Part shown: in pieces, positions 38,030 to 50,198 of the stretch | Position numbering within the stretch: position 1 is the stretch's first letter | Layout of the letters: each line of letters opens with the position of its first letter | Source: Octopus vulgaris | Lineage: Eukaryota | Assembly (NCBI GenBank): GCA_951406725.2 | Contig: OX597825.1 | Coordinates: 16,678,001 to 16,742,000, forward strand | DNA length: 64,000 bases | Reading direction: 5' to 3' | The notes under the pieces: generated by a model | Told to the model about the DNA's origin: nothing | The model's input: the letters and a program-made list of their open reading frames with translations, nothing else | The model's database searches: none | Program-made: the position numbers and the translations under genes

Positions 38030-39256
38030 CCCACGCTGCCGCACTTGCCAACACTTTTCCAACGCCACCACACTCACACTCACCCATCATTGTTCCTATC
38101 ACATCACCGAATGCTTTACCTTCACTTCTAGCAACGTCACTTACTATATCTACTATTTTTGCCCTTCTCTGTACATCGGTCAAACGGGACCCCACTTGGC
38201 TGACCGTTTCGCGGTGCACCTCCGAGACATCAGACTCGGTAATGGCATTCCGGTGTTGCCCTATTTCCACAGTACCGGTAATTCACTACAACACCTGTCT
38301 GTGTTCGGATTGACTCCGCACAGGGTCCAACTAGACTCCCGCCTTCGCCGTGAACATAAATTAATCTTCTCTCTTCGCCCCTTTGCCCCACATGCGCTTA
38401 AATTCCCTCCTTTCTTTATTTGACTCCCCTCCACATCTGACGCCTACTTCCTCTCTTCACTCCTAACCACCTCTCCTCTACGCCCTTCCTCTGGCATGTA
38501 TATCCTCTCTTCAGTCGTACCCACCTTCCTCTTGTCACTCCTACCCACTTATTCTCTTCATTGATACTCCCTCCACCCCCACACCTACCCCTTGACCTCC
38601 ACCTCACAACCACACCTCCACCACACTCCAACCACGCATATCCAAACACCCACATCCCCACCACACTTCAACCACACATTTCCACACACCCACTCCACAT
38701 TATCTCACACCTCCACACCACATCACACACCACCACGCCACCACAACACCATACCACATCACATCCACTCCACCACCATTCCACACACTCTATCACTGAC
38801 AACTTCTCAGCATCCACACTACACACCATCATCTGAACACCCTCACACACCAACAACCATACACCAAGACTCCATCATGCGTACACCCACACATTACAGA
38901 CGCACACATACGCACACATCCACACATCAAAGTCACTAGCCCCTATCCACATGCGCACGCATACTTACACATGTTCACATACACACACGCACCTTCGTTT
39001 TGGGATCACCAGTAACTTATTATCTCCCCTTCTTTCTACATCTCAAACCTTCTTTCCCAACCAGTCGCCATGCTTGATAGCTAAATCCACACATTGTTTC
39101 ATCCTTTTTCTCTGTTTATTTTCTCTTATTCCTTTCTGTTGAAGAGCGTAAGCTCGAAATATAAAAGTCTTTCTCACTTTCCCGAGCGTCAAACAAATAC
39201 ACCTGCTTCTTGTTCATATACCTGTCTTCCTCTTTTGTTTTTCTGTAAAATTAAAC

Positions 39257-39258
<2 letters not shown>
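38027..39258 (+). mobile_element. Penelope-like element 3' fragment (GIY-YIG endonuclease 38027-38423, Neptune-like) plus C/A-rich 3' region and terminal repeat
   Basis: RPRCRTCQH...[40 protein letters not shown]...[17 protein letters not shown]...[21 protein letters not shown] shows a CxxC linker, NVxY/YIGxT, R..H and terminal E..I..L...P.GLN-like motifs. (TA)n on both sides. Confidence 0.88.
39132..39167 (+). ncRNA. Decayed minimal hammerhead motif in the PLE terminal repeat
   Basis: CTTT ctg TTGAAGA GC gtaa GCTC GAAA ta TA AAAG. Core C3 and stem III are altered in a CpG/C-to-T decay pattern. Position is as expected downstream of GIY-YIG. Confidence 0.5.
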
Positions 39259-39316
<58 letters not shown>

Positions 39317-39336
39317 CGTATATGTATATATGTGTA

Positions 39337-39434
<98 letters not shown>

Positions 39435-41598
39435 GACGCCTACACTTACACAGTGACACTTAGCTAGATTGTCTTGCTTAGTCATGTGCACTTTCAACAT
39501 GGAAGAAGTTCTCAATCGGAATCAAGTCGATATTCTGAACGAACTATATTTTGGACATGTTAACATTCACGCTATATAAACATGTAATGCACAACAATCC
39601 GTAATAAAATGTCCAAGAGAAGTTTGCAAGATTACAGGAATACGTGTACGATATTCAATGCGGTGGACTGTGTATCCATACATTTAAATATTGTTTCGGA
39701 AAATAGAATGGGGGCGTTTGATTTTTCGGTAAATAATATCCCAATGTGGGATTGTATCTTTCGTAAATGGATATTAGATGACTAAGTTGAATCGTTCTTC
39801 CAGGTTTAGTATTCTAAACTCTGATTTCAAATCTTGGGGAAGATTAAAATATAATGAATCAACGGTTGTTTTATAGCGCCAAGTTCATAATTCCCAGAAC
39901 TGTAGTTGAAGGTATTCTAGCCGCGACCATTCTTTTATCTTTTACATATTTCAATCATTGGACTGCGGCCAGGCTGGATTACCACCTTGATGGGTTTTAT
40001 CAACCCCAGCACGTATTTAAATCCGGTACGTTCCATTTTGATCTCGTTGGTGGTACACCTAGCATACTGGAGCGTATATATCATTGTTAGAATGATTCGG
40101 GTATATTGTGAGGGAGATCTCAATGCTATATAAGGCAGATCGATCAATGAAACATTATCATCGATTTTTCCTGGCATAATTTTGTAGTTATAACGATTGT
40201 GACACATATAAAGTAATGAATGGTGAGTAGTAAGAAGTCAGAACAAGTAAACCATTTATAATATTAAGCTTCCAGCCTAGAAATTCCTGGAGTTTGATAC
40301 ATTTCAACGCCGCCTTTTTGGCATCTCTGATTCGACGCTGATTAATCTGGTATCTGGCGTTCATTTCTCACGTTCTCTCCCCTTTCTTCCTTCTATCTTT
40401 CTCTCTCTCCCTCTCCCTCTTACTTTTTCTCTGTTTAAGTGTGTACGCATATTTGTCTTTAAGTGTGTGAGGGAAACAAAAGTGTTTATGTCAAATTTGG
40501 TCAATTAATAAGCTGCCGTTTTTTTCTCTCTCTTTGCCTCACGCACTGTTTGTCTGTCTGTCTCTCTCTGTCTGTTTCTCTCTGTCTGTTTCTCTCTCTC
40601 TTTCTCCCTCTCTCTTCGTATGCGCATATTTTGCGCTCATATGCGTTGGTGTTTGCTCAGAGTGCGAAAAGTTACTCTCACCAAAAACAGATCCAATGTC
40701 CAGTCAGCCGTACCAAATTGCAAGCGTTTTTATAGCTGCGCCCACTCGTCTTATTTTCGAAATTCCTGATATCTTTACAGAAGCATTCGATTTATCATAA
40801 AAATGATTTCGAACCCGCCCACCCGCTGCCCAATAAAAGCTGCCACATTTCAAATACCATTCGCATAATCTTCGAGCACTTCAGCAACTCGCAAACATTA
40901 CCTTAAGTACAGATGCACACTAAAAAAATACATACATTTTGAGACAAGGCATTATAACCATGGCCATACCTGTTACTTCAAAATGCTCAGTATTACTAGC
41001 CGTAAGTATATTGCCACGTGAAAAACGTATTTGTAGGACTAAACAGTGGCGATGCTATTAAATATGATGAGTGTGTATATCTGCTCATTTTACTATTTTT
41101 ACGATGTCCTCTAGTCATGCTTTCTCAATAAACGCTAAGTTATTTTCTATTCTGCAATTAACACTCCAAGATAGATATCGAATTTGAATTACAAAATGTT
41201 CCCAATCACCGTTTCTATCTATGATGGCAAAAATAAGAAAACAAATGTATATAATAAACAAGAAAAACAACTTAAATGAAAAAGGGAGAATCTTAGAATT
41301 ACAAGAAACACTCAACATGGTTTTAAAGCTAACCGATGATCTGTATGTTGACGAAAAGTCAGCTTCTAGCAGAGGACCAATAACAAAGATAGACTAAGCA
41401 AGTAGAATCAATAAATCTTAATTACTTGGCTAAATTGATATATACGATGATGAAAAGGCCCGAAGCAATAGTTATGCAGAACATATTGAATTATAGAGTA
41501 TAAACATACCCAAGTACTTGCTTTGTAGACATACTACGTTGCCGCTAGTTAACTGCATTTCAATCTTTGCGTTTCCTGCTATCGACGTCACTTTCTGA

Positions 41599-41743
<145 letters not shown>

Positions 41744-41775
41744 CATATATATATATATGTGTGTGTGTGTATGGG

Positions 41776-41809
<34 letters not shown>

Positions 41810-41924
41810 GTCGGTGCGCAGGCGTGTGTATGAGTAAGTATGTTGGTAAATGAGGAGTCATGTCAATATATGATTATACACTCGCACACGTATACCTATA
41901 CACACACATACAGACACACACACG

Positions 41925-42385
41925 CAGGGTGAAGACGGTATTTGAGGACAGATTTACAGTTTAAAAAACGCTTATATAATAAAGGAAAAAAACTGTATTT
42001 TTTATAAAACTAACATGCGCATAAAGCTAAATTATGAATTTAATAATTTCATTCAATAAAACCGCCATAAGCATCAATAACGGCCTATACGCTGGGTCGA
42101 AATCGTTTACCAGCTCAGATTAGGTGGTTCTTGTCCATGTGGGACATGACCCAAAATATGGCGGCTTTCAAAGAATCTTTTGTGCTATGGGGGTGTTCAT
42201 TGACATTTTTGGCAACGATGTTCCATACATTGTAATCCAGTGGATTGAGATCTGGAGTGATGTTGGAGTGATGTGATCATGCAAATTGTCGGCCATCCAC
42301 TCTTGTGACAGTTGAGCCTTGGGCAGGAACTTGTTGAAAGACGTAAGGCCTTCTATTACATGCACTGTTGATCCAAGGACATAAA
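41925..42385 (-). mobile_element. IS630-Tc1-mariner (maT/DD37D-like) transposase 3' relic with right terminal repeat
   Basis: RC translation PWINSACNRRPYVFQQ...KAQLSQEWMADNLHDHITP...PDLNPLDYNVWNIVAKNVNEHPHSTKDSLKAAI...RFRPSV*AVIDAYGGFIE*. Terminus CAGGGTG at 41925. Confidence 0.8.
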
Positions 42386-42617
42386 GACACTAACATCGGT
42401 TGTGAAGTGATGGGTGGGGGACAAGCATACACACACACATACAAACACACAATACACATACACACACACATGCACACATATGACGAGCTTCTTTACATTT
42501 CCGTCAGCCATATGGTTCTGAACCCGGAACCATATGGTTGGTAAGCAAGGTACTTAACACACAGCCTCTCCTGCTCCTATAGCACCCACAACTGCGTCTA
42601 CAGCCACTCCTGCGCCT
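42385..42617 (-). mobile_element. Rearranged SINE family A remnant with duplicated head
   Basis: GAACCCGGAACCATATGGTTGGTAAGCAAG...CACACAGCCTCTCCTGCTCCTA, and again CAGCCACTCCTGCGCCTA. Confidence 0.7.
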
Positions 42618-42651
42618 ATATATATATATATATATAGGCGCACACACACAC

Positions 42652-42733
<82 letters not shown>

Positions 42734-42893
42734 CATTTGTAACACTTCCACCAGTGTGAAGTAACATATCAGATTAGTGTTAAATTGTTCTAATGAAACA
42801 TGAGTATATAAAGGAATTTTAATATATACGTATATATTTATATGTATGATGTGTATGTATGTATGTATGTATGTATGTATGTATGTATGTATG

Positions 42894-42933
<40 letters not shown>

Positions 42934-43274
42934 ATGTATATATGTATTTATGCGTACGTGTGCTTACAGGCTGTTTTTCTCTTTTGCACGCGAAGCATGC
43001 CTTGTAAAGGTTGTGGATAATGCTGCTGTAGAGACGATAATATTTTGTATTGAAAGAGGTGTTGAAATAGCGGATATTATTGATATTTGTTATTAGCTAA
43101 TGTGTTATACTATGCTGGTAACAGTAGTATTGGAGCTGCCAAATGTCGTGATATTTATGGTTAATGATCCTGACTAGTTGTAGAGGCGCTAAGCCACAAA
43201 AACAGAAATTAGAAAGAGGTTGATGTCGGACGAAATGGTTTTAATCGATTGACCAGGACTGATCAATATATACA

Positions 43275-43435
43275 GCGTGGGTGTGTGGTAAGAGGCCTGC
43301 TTCTCCACCACAGACTCCCGGGTTCACCCCCCACTGTGGGGTACCTTGGGCAAGTGTCTTTCACTATAGCCTCGGGCCGACCAAATGCTTGTGAGTAGCT
43401 TTGATAGAGGGAAACTGAAAGAAGCCCCTCATATA
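43275..43435 (+). mobile_element. SINE family A 5' half
   Basis: GTGTGTGGTAAG...CCCGGGTTCA...ACCTTGGGCAAGTGTCTTTCACTATAGCCTCGGGCCGACCAAA...GAAACTGAAAGAAGCCC. Confidence 0.8.
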
Positions 43436-43768
43436 TATATATATATACATATGAGAGAGATGACCACTATGTGGACAACCATTATGCTAGAAGTAGATCT
43501 GCCATGGTGTTACCACTGAGAAAAGTTCACAAGAAAAATTTAGCAAACACCAGTTTGAACCGGACCAACTGCATAGGGTCATCTAGATCGTATATAAGCA
43601 AAACTGTAACTAGAAAAATAGACAGTAATGGTGTAGGATGCCCACTTTTTCAAAACGGCGGCCTATTCAGAGCCCAACTAATCTGTACGGCCGCTCTAGA
43701 TAAGACGCGTTGTCGAATAATGCGTTATCTACCGATGAGACGTTACGCTGAAGCTAGGACGTCCAGTA

Positions 43769-44075
43769 TTGTTGTTTGTTCCTTCTCGAGCCATGCCTGG
43801 CTCATAAGAACTGGTTTCCCGGTTTCTTGGCTTATAGGTGCCCCACTTTTACGGGACGCCGGTCCATCGCAAGTGAGCTGCAAGATCCAGGAGGAAAGAG
43901 TGAGAGAAAGTTGTGGCAAAAGAGTCAGCAGAAGTTCGCCATTACCTTCTGCCGTAGCCACGTGGAGCTTACGTGTTTCGTTCATAAACACACACATCAT
44001 CCGCTCTGAGAGTCGAACCCGCGATCCCTCGACCGCGAGCCCGCTGCTCTAACCACTAGGCCATGTGCCTCCACA
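43769..44075 (-). mobile_element. tRNA-derived SINE, family C head with family D-type tail
   Basis: RC GTGGAGGCACATGGCCTAGTGGTTAGAGCAGCGG...GGGTTCGACTC...ACAACTTTCTCTCACTCTTTCC...GGGAAACCAGTTCTTATGAGCCAGGCATGGCTCGAGAAGGAACAAACAACAA. Confidence 0.85.
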
Positions 44076-44871
44076 ACTCTAGCATTGCCGCAATCTAAAC
44101 AAGAAAAAAGTTAAGAGATAAAAGATATATTAAGGAAAATACGTTGGAGCGGATCCGGATTTCTCCCTTACCAACGACTGAGTAAACCAATGAAATACCT
44201 CAAGTGTAACGTTGTGTTAGCCAGCTCTCTGTGATAATTTAAAACTAGTAGGACTCGCTCATCGTAATCTAAAATGTCTTTGCTACTATGCGACATGATG
44301 TAAGCTGTATAACAGTATATTATCGACCTGACTAATATTTATTTTCTCTTTAGTCCAGTAAAATTCGTTAAAATTGAATTTCACTCACAAATGATTTATT
44401 TTGACATAACAATATGTTAAGCTGGGACATATTTACGTATTTTGATATGACGGGTAATTGATTCATATAAACGGAGATACCAATTAATTTGAAATGATTA
44501 TCAGTCAATATATATCATTTATGTCTGCAGAGATATATTATAATTCCTGAATTTACCGTTTAGTATTATAATTAATCACTTCTAATATTTTACTGGAAAT
44601 GATTAATGTTATATCTTGTTCGATGAAAACTGCCAGTGTTTTTCAAGCTATTTTTGAGTTTGTTTTCACAAGCTACCGACTGGAGTTAGTCTTTTTAATA
44701 ATTTTTATATTATGGGTTTGCGAATTTCCTGAACAACACATACGTTGCTATTTTGCATTTCAAAAACGCATTCATACATACAAACGGGCACACACATGTA
44801 TACACACAAGCACTCACACACAAATGCACACAGGCACTCACACACAGAGACACCCACAGGTATACACGCAT

Positions 44872-44942
44872 ACACGCACACGCACATGTACACGCACACG
44901 CACATGTACACGCACACGCACATGTACACGCACATGTACACA
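44872..44942. repeat. 18-bp minisatellite (TACACGCACACGCACATG)n within a CA-rich tract
   Basis: About 3.5 tandem units visible. Confidence 0.85.
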
Positions 44943-45243
44943 CAGAAGAACACATGCGCGCACACACACTCGCGCGCGAACACACAAATACACACTAAAA
45001 CACACACACACACACATGCACACACGCACTCAAACACAAATACGCATAGGCATTCACAGACAGAGACAGATATAGAAATACACACAGGTACACACACATG
45101 ACACACATGCACAGACCTTCGGTATCTAAATATATATTTTATCCTTTACATAATTCAGTCATCGGACTTCAGTCAACATAGATACTCCTGCGTCTATACA
45201 TATATTTATATATGTATAAGTGTGTCTGTATGTGTGTTTTATG

Positions 45244-45282
<39 letters not shown>

Positions 45283-45287
<5 letters not shown>

Positions 45288-45635
45288 GGACTGAACACGA
45301 AAAGTGGACAGTCAACATGCTAGATATAGACGTCAAATCGTCATTCACCACAAAAGATTATGTTCTCAGATCAAACTCAACACAAAACCATAGCAATAAA
45401 CAAGTGAAAAATATACGAAATAAAATAATTACCCATGTACTAACTTAGTTTCAGCTGTTATTTTCCGCAAGGAAAACTGCAGCCATCATCAGCATGGTCT
45501 GTATATCTAGCATGTTGACTGTCCACTTTTCGTGTTCAGTCCTTAATTGGTATATATAAATATTTTAATCTTCGGATTCTTTTTTAATATGCTAGACCAC
45601 TGGTCTTAATTGATAAATATCAATTTCTACCCTTA

Positions 45636-45645
<10 letters not shown>
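45283..45645 (-). mobile_element. Fold-back PLE-type remnant between (TA)n tracts
   Basis: Perfect 46-bp inverted arms 45283-45328 and 45502-45547, plus a unique AT-rich extension to about 45645. Contains a hammerhead on the minus strand. Confidence 0.8.
45433..45497 (-). ncRNA. Type I hammerhead ribozyme, canonical core
   Basis: RC CCATG-CTGATGA-t-GGCTG cag TTTTCC ttgc GGAAAA taa CAGCT-GAAA-CTAA g TTAG-TA-CATGG. Stem I 5 bp, extended stem II, stem III ACTAA/TTAGT, GUA cleavage site between 45438 and 45437. Confidence 0.85.
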
Positions 45646-45673
<28 letters not shown>

Positions 45674-47060
45674 TGGCACTACGTCGCTTGCAATCACCGG
45701 AACAACCTGCTCGTGAAATTAACGTTTAAATAGCTGAGCATCCCACAGACACGAGTACCCTCTTGCTCTCCTACCCATAAGGACTTTCTTCTCCCGTTTA
45801 GGATGGTCTTGTGCAGTCACTCGTGTTGCATTGTTCATATATTTCGATTCATATTTGCACTAAACATATGTTTAAAAATATATCAACACTTAACAGTACC
45901 ACGCATTTGTAGACCATAACAGTGAAACTATATCATTGAGGAGCTTTGCTTTAAATAGCGAAGAGCTCTAATAATCTTCTTAATAACGTTCACTCTACTT
46001 TCCGTAGAGAATCAAAATGTAAGACAACCAGTACAATCCATGCAGTGCGTACATATAATAGTAATATGACCCTCTAACAAAGTCCTGAAAATATTCCTGA
46101 ACCTTTTGTTAACATTTCAAACTGTATCTCTCTATGAACATCAATGTAAAATTACCGAAACACTGGAGGATATATGTCTTATTTCTGAAAGAAAAACATC
46201 CCTATGTATGCCAAACTACTGGTCTATTGTCCTAATTTTAGCGTTTCAATTGTAAGAGAGAAATCCATAAAGCTTTAAACGCCGAATTACGTATATCCCT
46301 TTTCTTAGAGATGTCATGCAATACGTGTCTGCTGTGTTAAATCAATCGATGATCTGCTTTCTTGCTTAACATATCAGTGGCATCTATATCGTGAAACATT
46401 GGTCATGTCAATATTTATGTGTTTGATATCAGCAAGCCTTTGTAGGCGTCTGTTCGAGAGCATTGAAACCAAGTTCCTGCTTATAGATTTTCTCCATTCT
46501 AATCTCTGATTCCTTTGAATAGAAATTTTCTGTCTGATTGTTCTGTTCCATTATTTATATGAACAGAGCTATTGGAAACATCCCCACGTTTGGGACAATC
46601 TAGTCTCATTCAATAAACACATTCAATAAATATCAAAGAGATGATACGCATTAATCATTACAGTCATCGTGTACATGAACAATTCGCAGCTAAAATCTTT
46701 CAAATGTATAAATGCAAGATCTATGCAACATTCATATACAGGCCATACCACTGATCGGGAAAAATTATCAACAAACACACTATAAACATCATACATTTAT
46801 ATGACTATCCTAGTGCTCCTACAACGATTCTTGTGCCTTCAAACGAGCAAACTGCACTCTAACCTATTTAAACCCATCAAATATCATAACTCAATCAGCG
46901 ATCCAATGTGGGCACATTTGTTCGTTCGTTTCACCTGATGGAAATCGGAGAGAAATCTCTTTTAGATTATATTCTAGTATTTAAAATCATTTATTATATA
47001 TTATTATCTAAGGAATACTCTGCCTGAAAAAAACATTGAAATGGCTATAGATGGAATGTA

Positions 47061-47296
47061 AAATAAATAAATGCGCCCTTTTAAAGCCTAGCCAGGCTCA
47101 TGGGCCCGGTTTCCCGGATTCAATGGCGTATGTGTTCCAACGCAGCGTTACTCATTTTTGCCAGCTGAGTGGACTGGAGCAACATGAAATGAAGTGGTTT
47201 GCTCAAGAACAAAACGCGTCGCCCGGTCCAGGAATCGAAATCACAATCTTATGATCATGATGCTGACACCCTAACCACTAAGCTACGCGCCTCCAC
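47061..47296 (-). mobile_element. SINE family D with 14-bp target-site duplication
   Basis: RC head GTGGAGGCGCGTAGCTTAGTGGTTAGGGTG...GATTTCGATTCCTGGACCGGGCG. Flanks ATAGATGGAATGTA (47047-47060) and ATAGATAGAATGTA (47297-47310). Confidence 0.88.
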
Positions 47297-48324
47297 ATAG
47301 ATAGAATGTATTTGATCATATTGCAACTTGATCTAAGTCAAACTGAGTCTAAACAACAACAATCTCTTCTCCTATTGTAATTGCACCGGTCTTATTGCTT
47401 CGACCATCTATTAAACTCTGTTAAATAGTTTTCTCCATAGACTATCATAATAGTAAGTTTCTGATCTTTAGAAATTGGAGACAAACGTCAATTGTATTTA
47501 AATCAAATATCTCGGAGATGTAAGGTCAATGCATACTGTGCTTATTTCTTAGACTATAGAACATAAAATCGACCCAGTATATCCAAGAATCTGACTCCAC
47601 CAAATATATGTTCTTATTGACTCCGTCACCTAAAATAAAATGTATTAATGAATTAAAAATCATGTAACAAACGGTAGCTTTCTGACAGTGATCGAAACAG
47701 CGGCGCAAGAGCCGGTTCGCTGCATATTTACCACATATACACACTGAAAGCTTCAACTAAATATATTTATTTACATTACTTTCTGAAAGACCACAAAGCA
47801 ATAAATAAAATTAACAAAAGAAAACTGAAATATGAAATATAGAGAAAAACATTTCTTGCTGCAACTTATCGAAACGTATTTGAGTAAAGAAAATACAGGC
47901 TTATTTACAGATGTGTCAGACTAGTTCTTTTTACCTTTCAGCAAAAGCTGGAATCGATATTCACATGGTGTTAATCTTAAATCCTAAAATTCCAGCTAGA
48001 GTTTTGTCTTCAGGCTTGTTCGTTGCATTAATAGATCGGCCATATTGACTACAAATGAAAGATTTCTGCCGCTTTGAGAAGATATTTTTTTGCAGTAAAA
48101 ATGAGAGATATGATTTGAAATGATATGATCACATATATTTACAAGTGCATGCAAGTGCAATTATATACAAGCTGCATGTTTATAAAGTTTGAATCACATG
48201 TAGCCATATATTAATAATTTTCTCTATGTGTCTATATAAAGATTTGAAATAACTTAAAAGTGCGCATGGTCGTCTAAAGTATTGACTAATCTATATTATG
48301 GCAAAATGCAGTCATTAAATTATT

Positions 48325-48560
48325 GTTTTCCTTGTTTGAGTCAATGCATTGCGGCCAGACTGGAGTACTGCCTTAAACGTTTTAGTTGAAAAAATCGACC
48401 CCAGTATTTATGTTGCGTAAAATCTGCTACTTGCTCTATCGTTTCTCTTTTGCTGAAGCCACTAAATCACGGGGACACAAACGAACCAACACAAGTTGTC
48501 AAGAGGTCCGGGTACACAAATGCACACCCACACACCCACACACACCCACACACCCATCCA

Positions 48561-48595
<35 letters not shown>

Positions 48596-48760
48596 AGGAC
48601 GGTCTTACATCCATTTTGAGATTACTTAATTATCTCACAATGCACTGGTCAACCCAGCGCTATAGTCGAAGCCATATCCAATGTGCCACGCTGTAGACTG
48701 AACCCGACACCAAATGTTTGCATAGCGAGCTTCTTGACACCAATTCTATGCCTGAACCAC
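48325..48760 (-). mobile_element. Old SINE family A copy
   Basis: CTTGTTTGAGTCAATG...GCGGCCAGACTGGAG...AATCGACCCCAG...(CA)n...GTGCCACGCTGTAGACTGAACCCG. Confidence 0.7.
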
Positions 48761-49154
48761 TGATCGGTACCGTAGCGCATTAGATTCGTAGTGAAGAAAT
48801 AACAGGAGAAGATAACTAAGAGATGGCATGTAGGTCGTATATGTTATGGCGTTGCATCTTGTTGGTTATTAGTTTTCAATGTTAATGTAACTTCCTGCTT
48901 GGCAGTTCCTGTTAGTCTCTTCCAGATTGACAAATTAAGTGCTAGTAATACGCATAAATCAGACGAGTTAACTATAAGACTTTCTTACTATCGATACTCG
49001 GCTTAACATAAATCAATCAATAACAAATTCAATTACAATCAGTGCATGATAATAAAAGTATAAATCCAATAAATCCTGTTTGGCGATGTGGTGTGTTCAA
49101 ATGTCACATGAGTTGAATTTTAAAATTATCTCTATGCTGGGTTCATAATCTACT

Positions 49155-49565
49155 AGGCGTAGGAGTGGCTGTGTGGTAAGTAGCTTGCTTACGAACCACA
49201 TGGTTCCGGGTTCAGTCCCACTGCGCAAGTGTCTTCTACTATAGCCTCGGGCCGACCAAAGCCTTGTGAGTGGATTTGGTAGACGGAAACTGAAAGAAGC
49301 CCGTCGTATATATGTATATATATGTGTGTGTATGCGTGTGTGTGTGTCTGTGTTTGTGTGTGTGTGTGTCTGTGTTTGTCGCCAACCCAGCATCGCTTCA
49401 CAACCGATGCTGGTGTGTTTAAGTCCCCGTAACTTAGCAGTTCGGCAAAAGAGACCGATAGAATAAGTAATAGGCTTACAAAGAATAAGTTCTGGGGGTC
49501 GATTTTCTCGACTAAAGGCGGTGCTATAGCATGGCCACAGTCGAATGACTGAAACAAGTAAAAGA
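49155..49565 (+). mobile_element. SINE family A, near full length
   Basis: AGGCGTAGGAGTGGCTGTGTGGTAAG...GACTGAAACAAGTAAAAGA. Confidence 0.92.
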
Positions 49566-50161
49566 CTAACAGAGAACTGTGTTTGTTTCTCGACAATTAT
49601 TTTCACTCAACAATTATTTCAGTTTTAATTCAAGTGTGATAAATATTTTTCCTTAAAAAGGGGTTGTTGACGTTATTGTTTAGCTTCAAATAAGCCCTGA
49701 TTGAAAAGACCTAGGGCCAAAGCTATTCTTGACCCTCTACATCGAGTCATTTCTAAGGCACAATCTAAACTTTGTTCGTCATATACGTATTCTTAATTTT
49801 TAACATATATTTGTCATTACACAACAAGATTCTCCAATATGAAGTTTACTTTCTCGTGTCATGTGATGTGAAAGATATTTGACTGCTTTCTCTAGCGTGG
49901 GAAGCGACGACTTCGCGGATTTCTCAATGATAAAGATGGGAATGCTGCTGTTAAGACGTGTACTTCTTCAGTAGGATCTAATCAATTAAAAGCGTTCCAT
50001 CCATGGCCACATCATATTTTTCCACAACTATTTAGTTATAATCGAACTCATTATTTTTTATTGCATGTCTTCAATACATTACCTTCCATAATATTTTACC
50101 TGTCATCGATGGCAAATCTTTGGATCAATTGTGCCATATTGCTGACTATGACTGTTGTACG

Positions 50162-50198
50162 TTACCAAACTCTTACCAAACTCTTACCAAACTCTTAC
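50162..50198. repeat. 11-bp tandem repeat (TTACCAAACTC) x3
   Basis: Visible directly. Confidence 0.9.

Noticed and set aside
43471-44052. 193-aa ORF
   Set aside because: The second half is the antisense of a SINE and the first half shows no recognisable motif.
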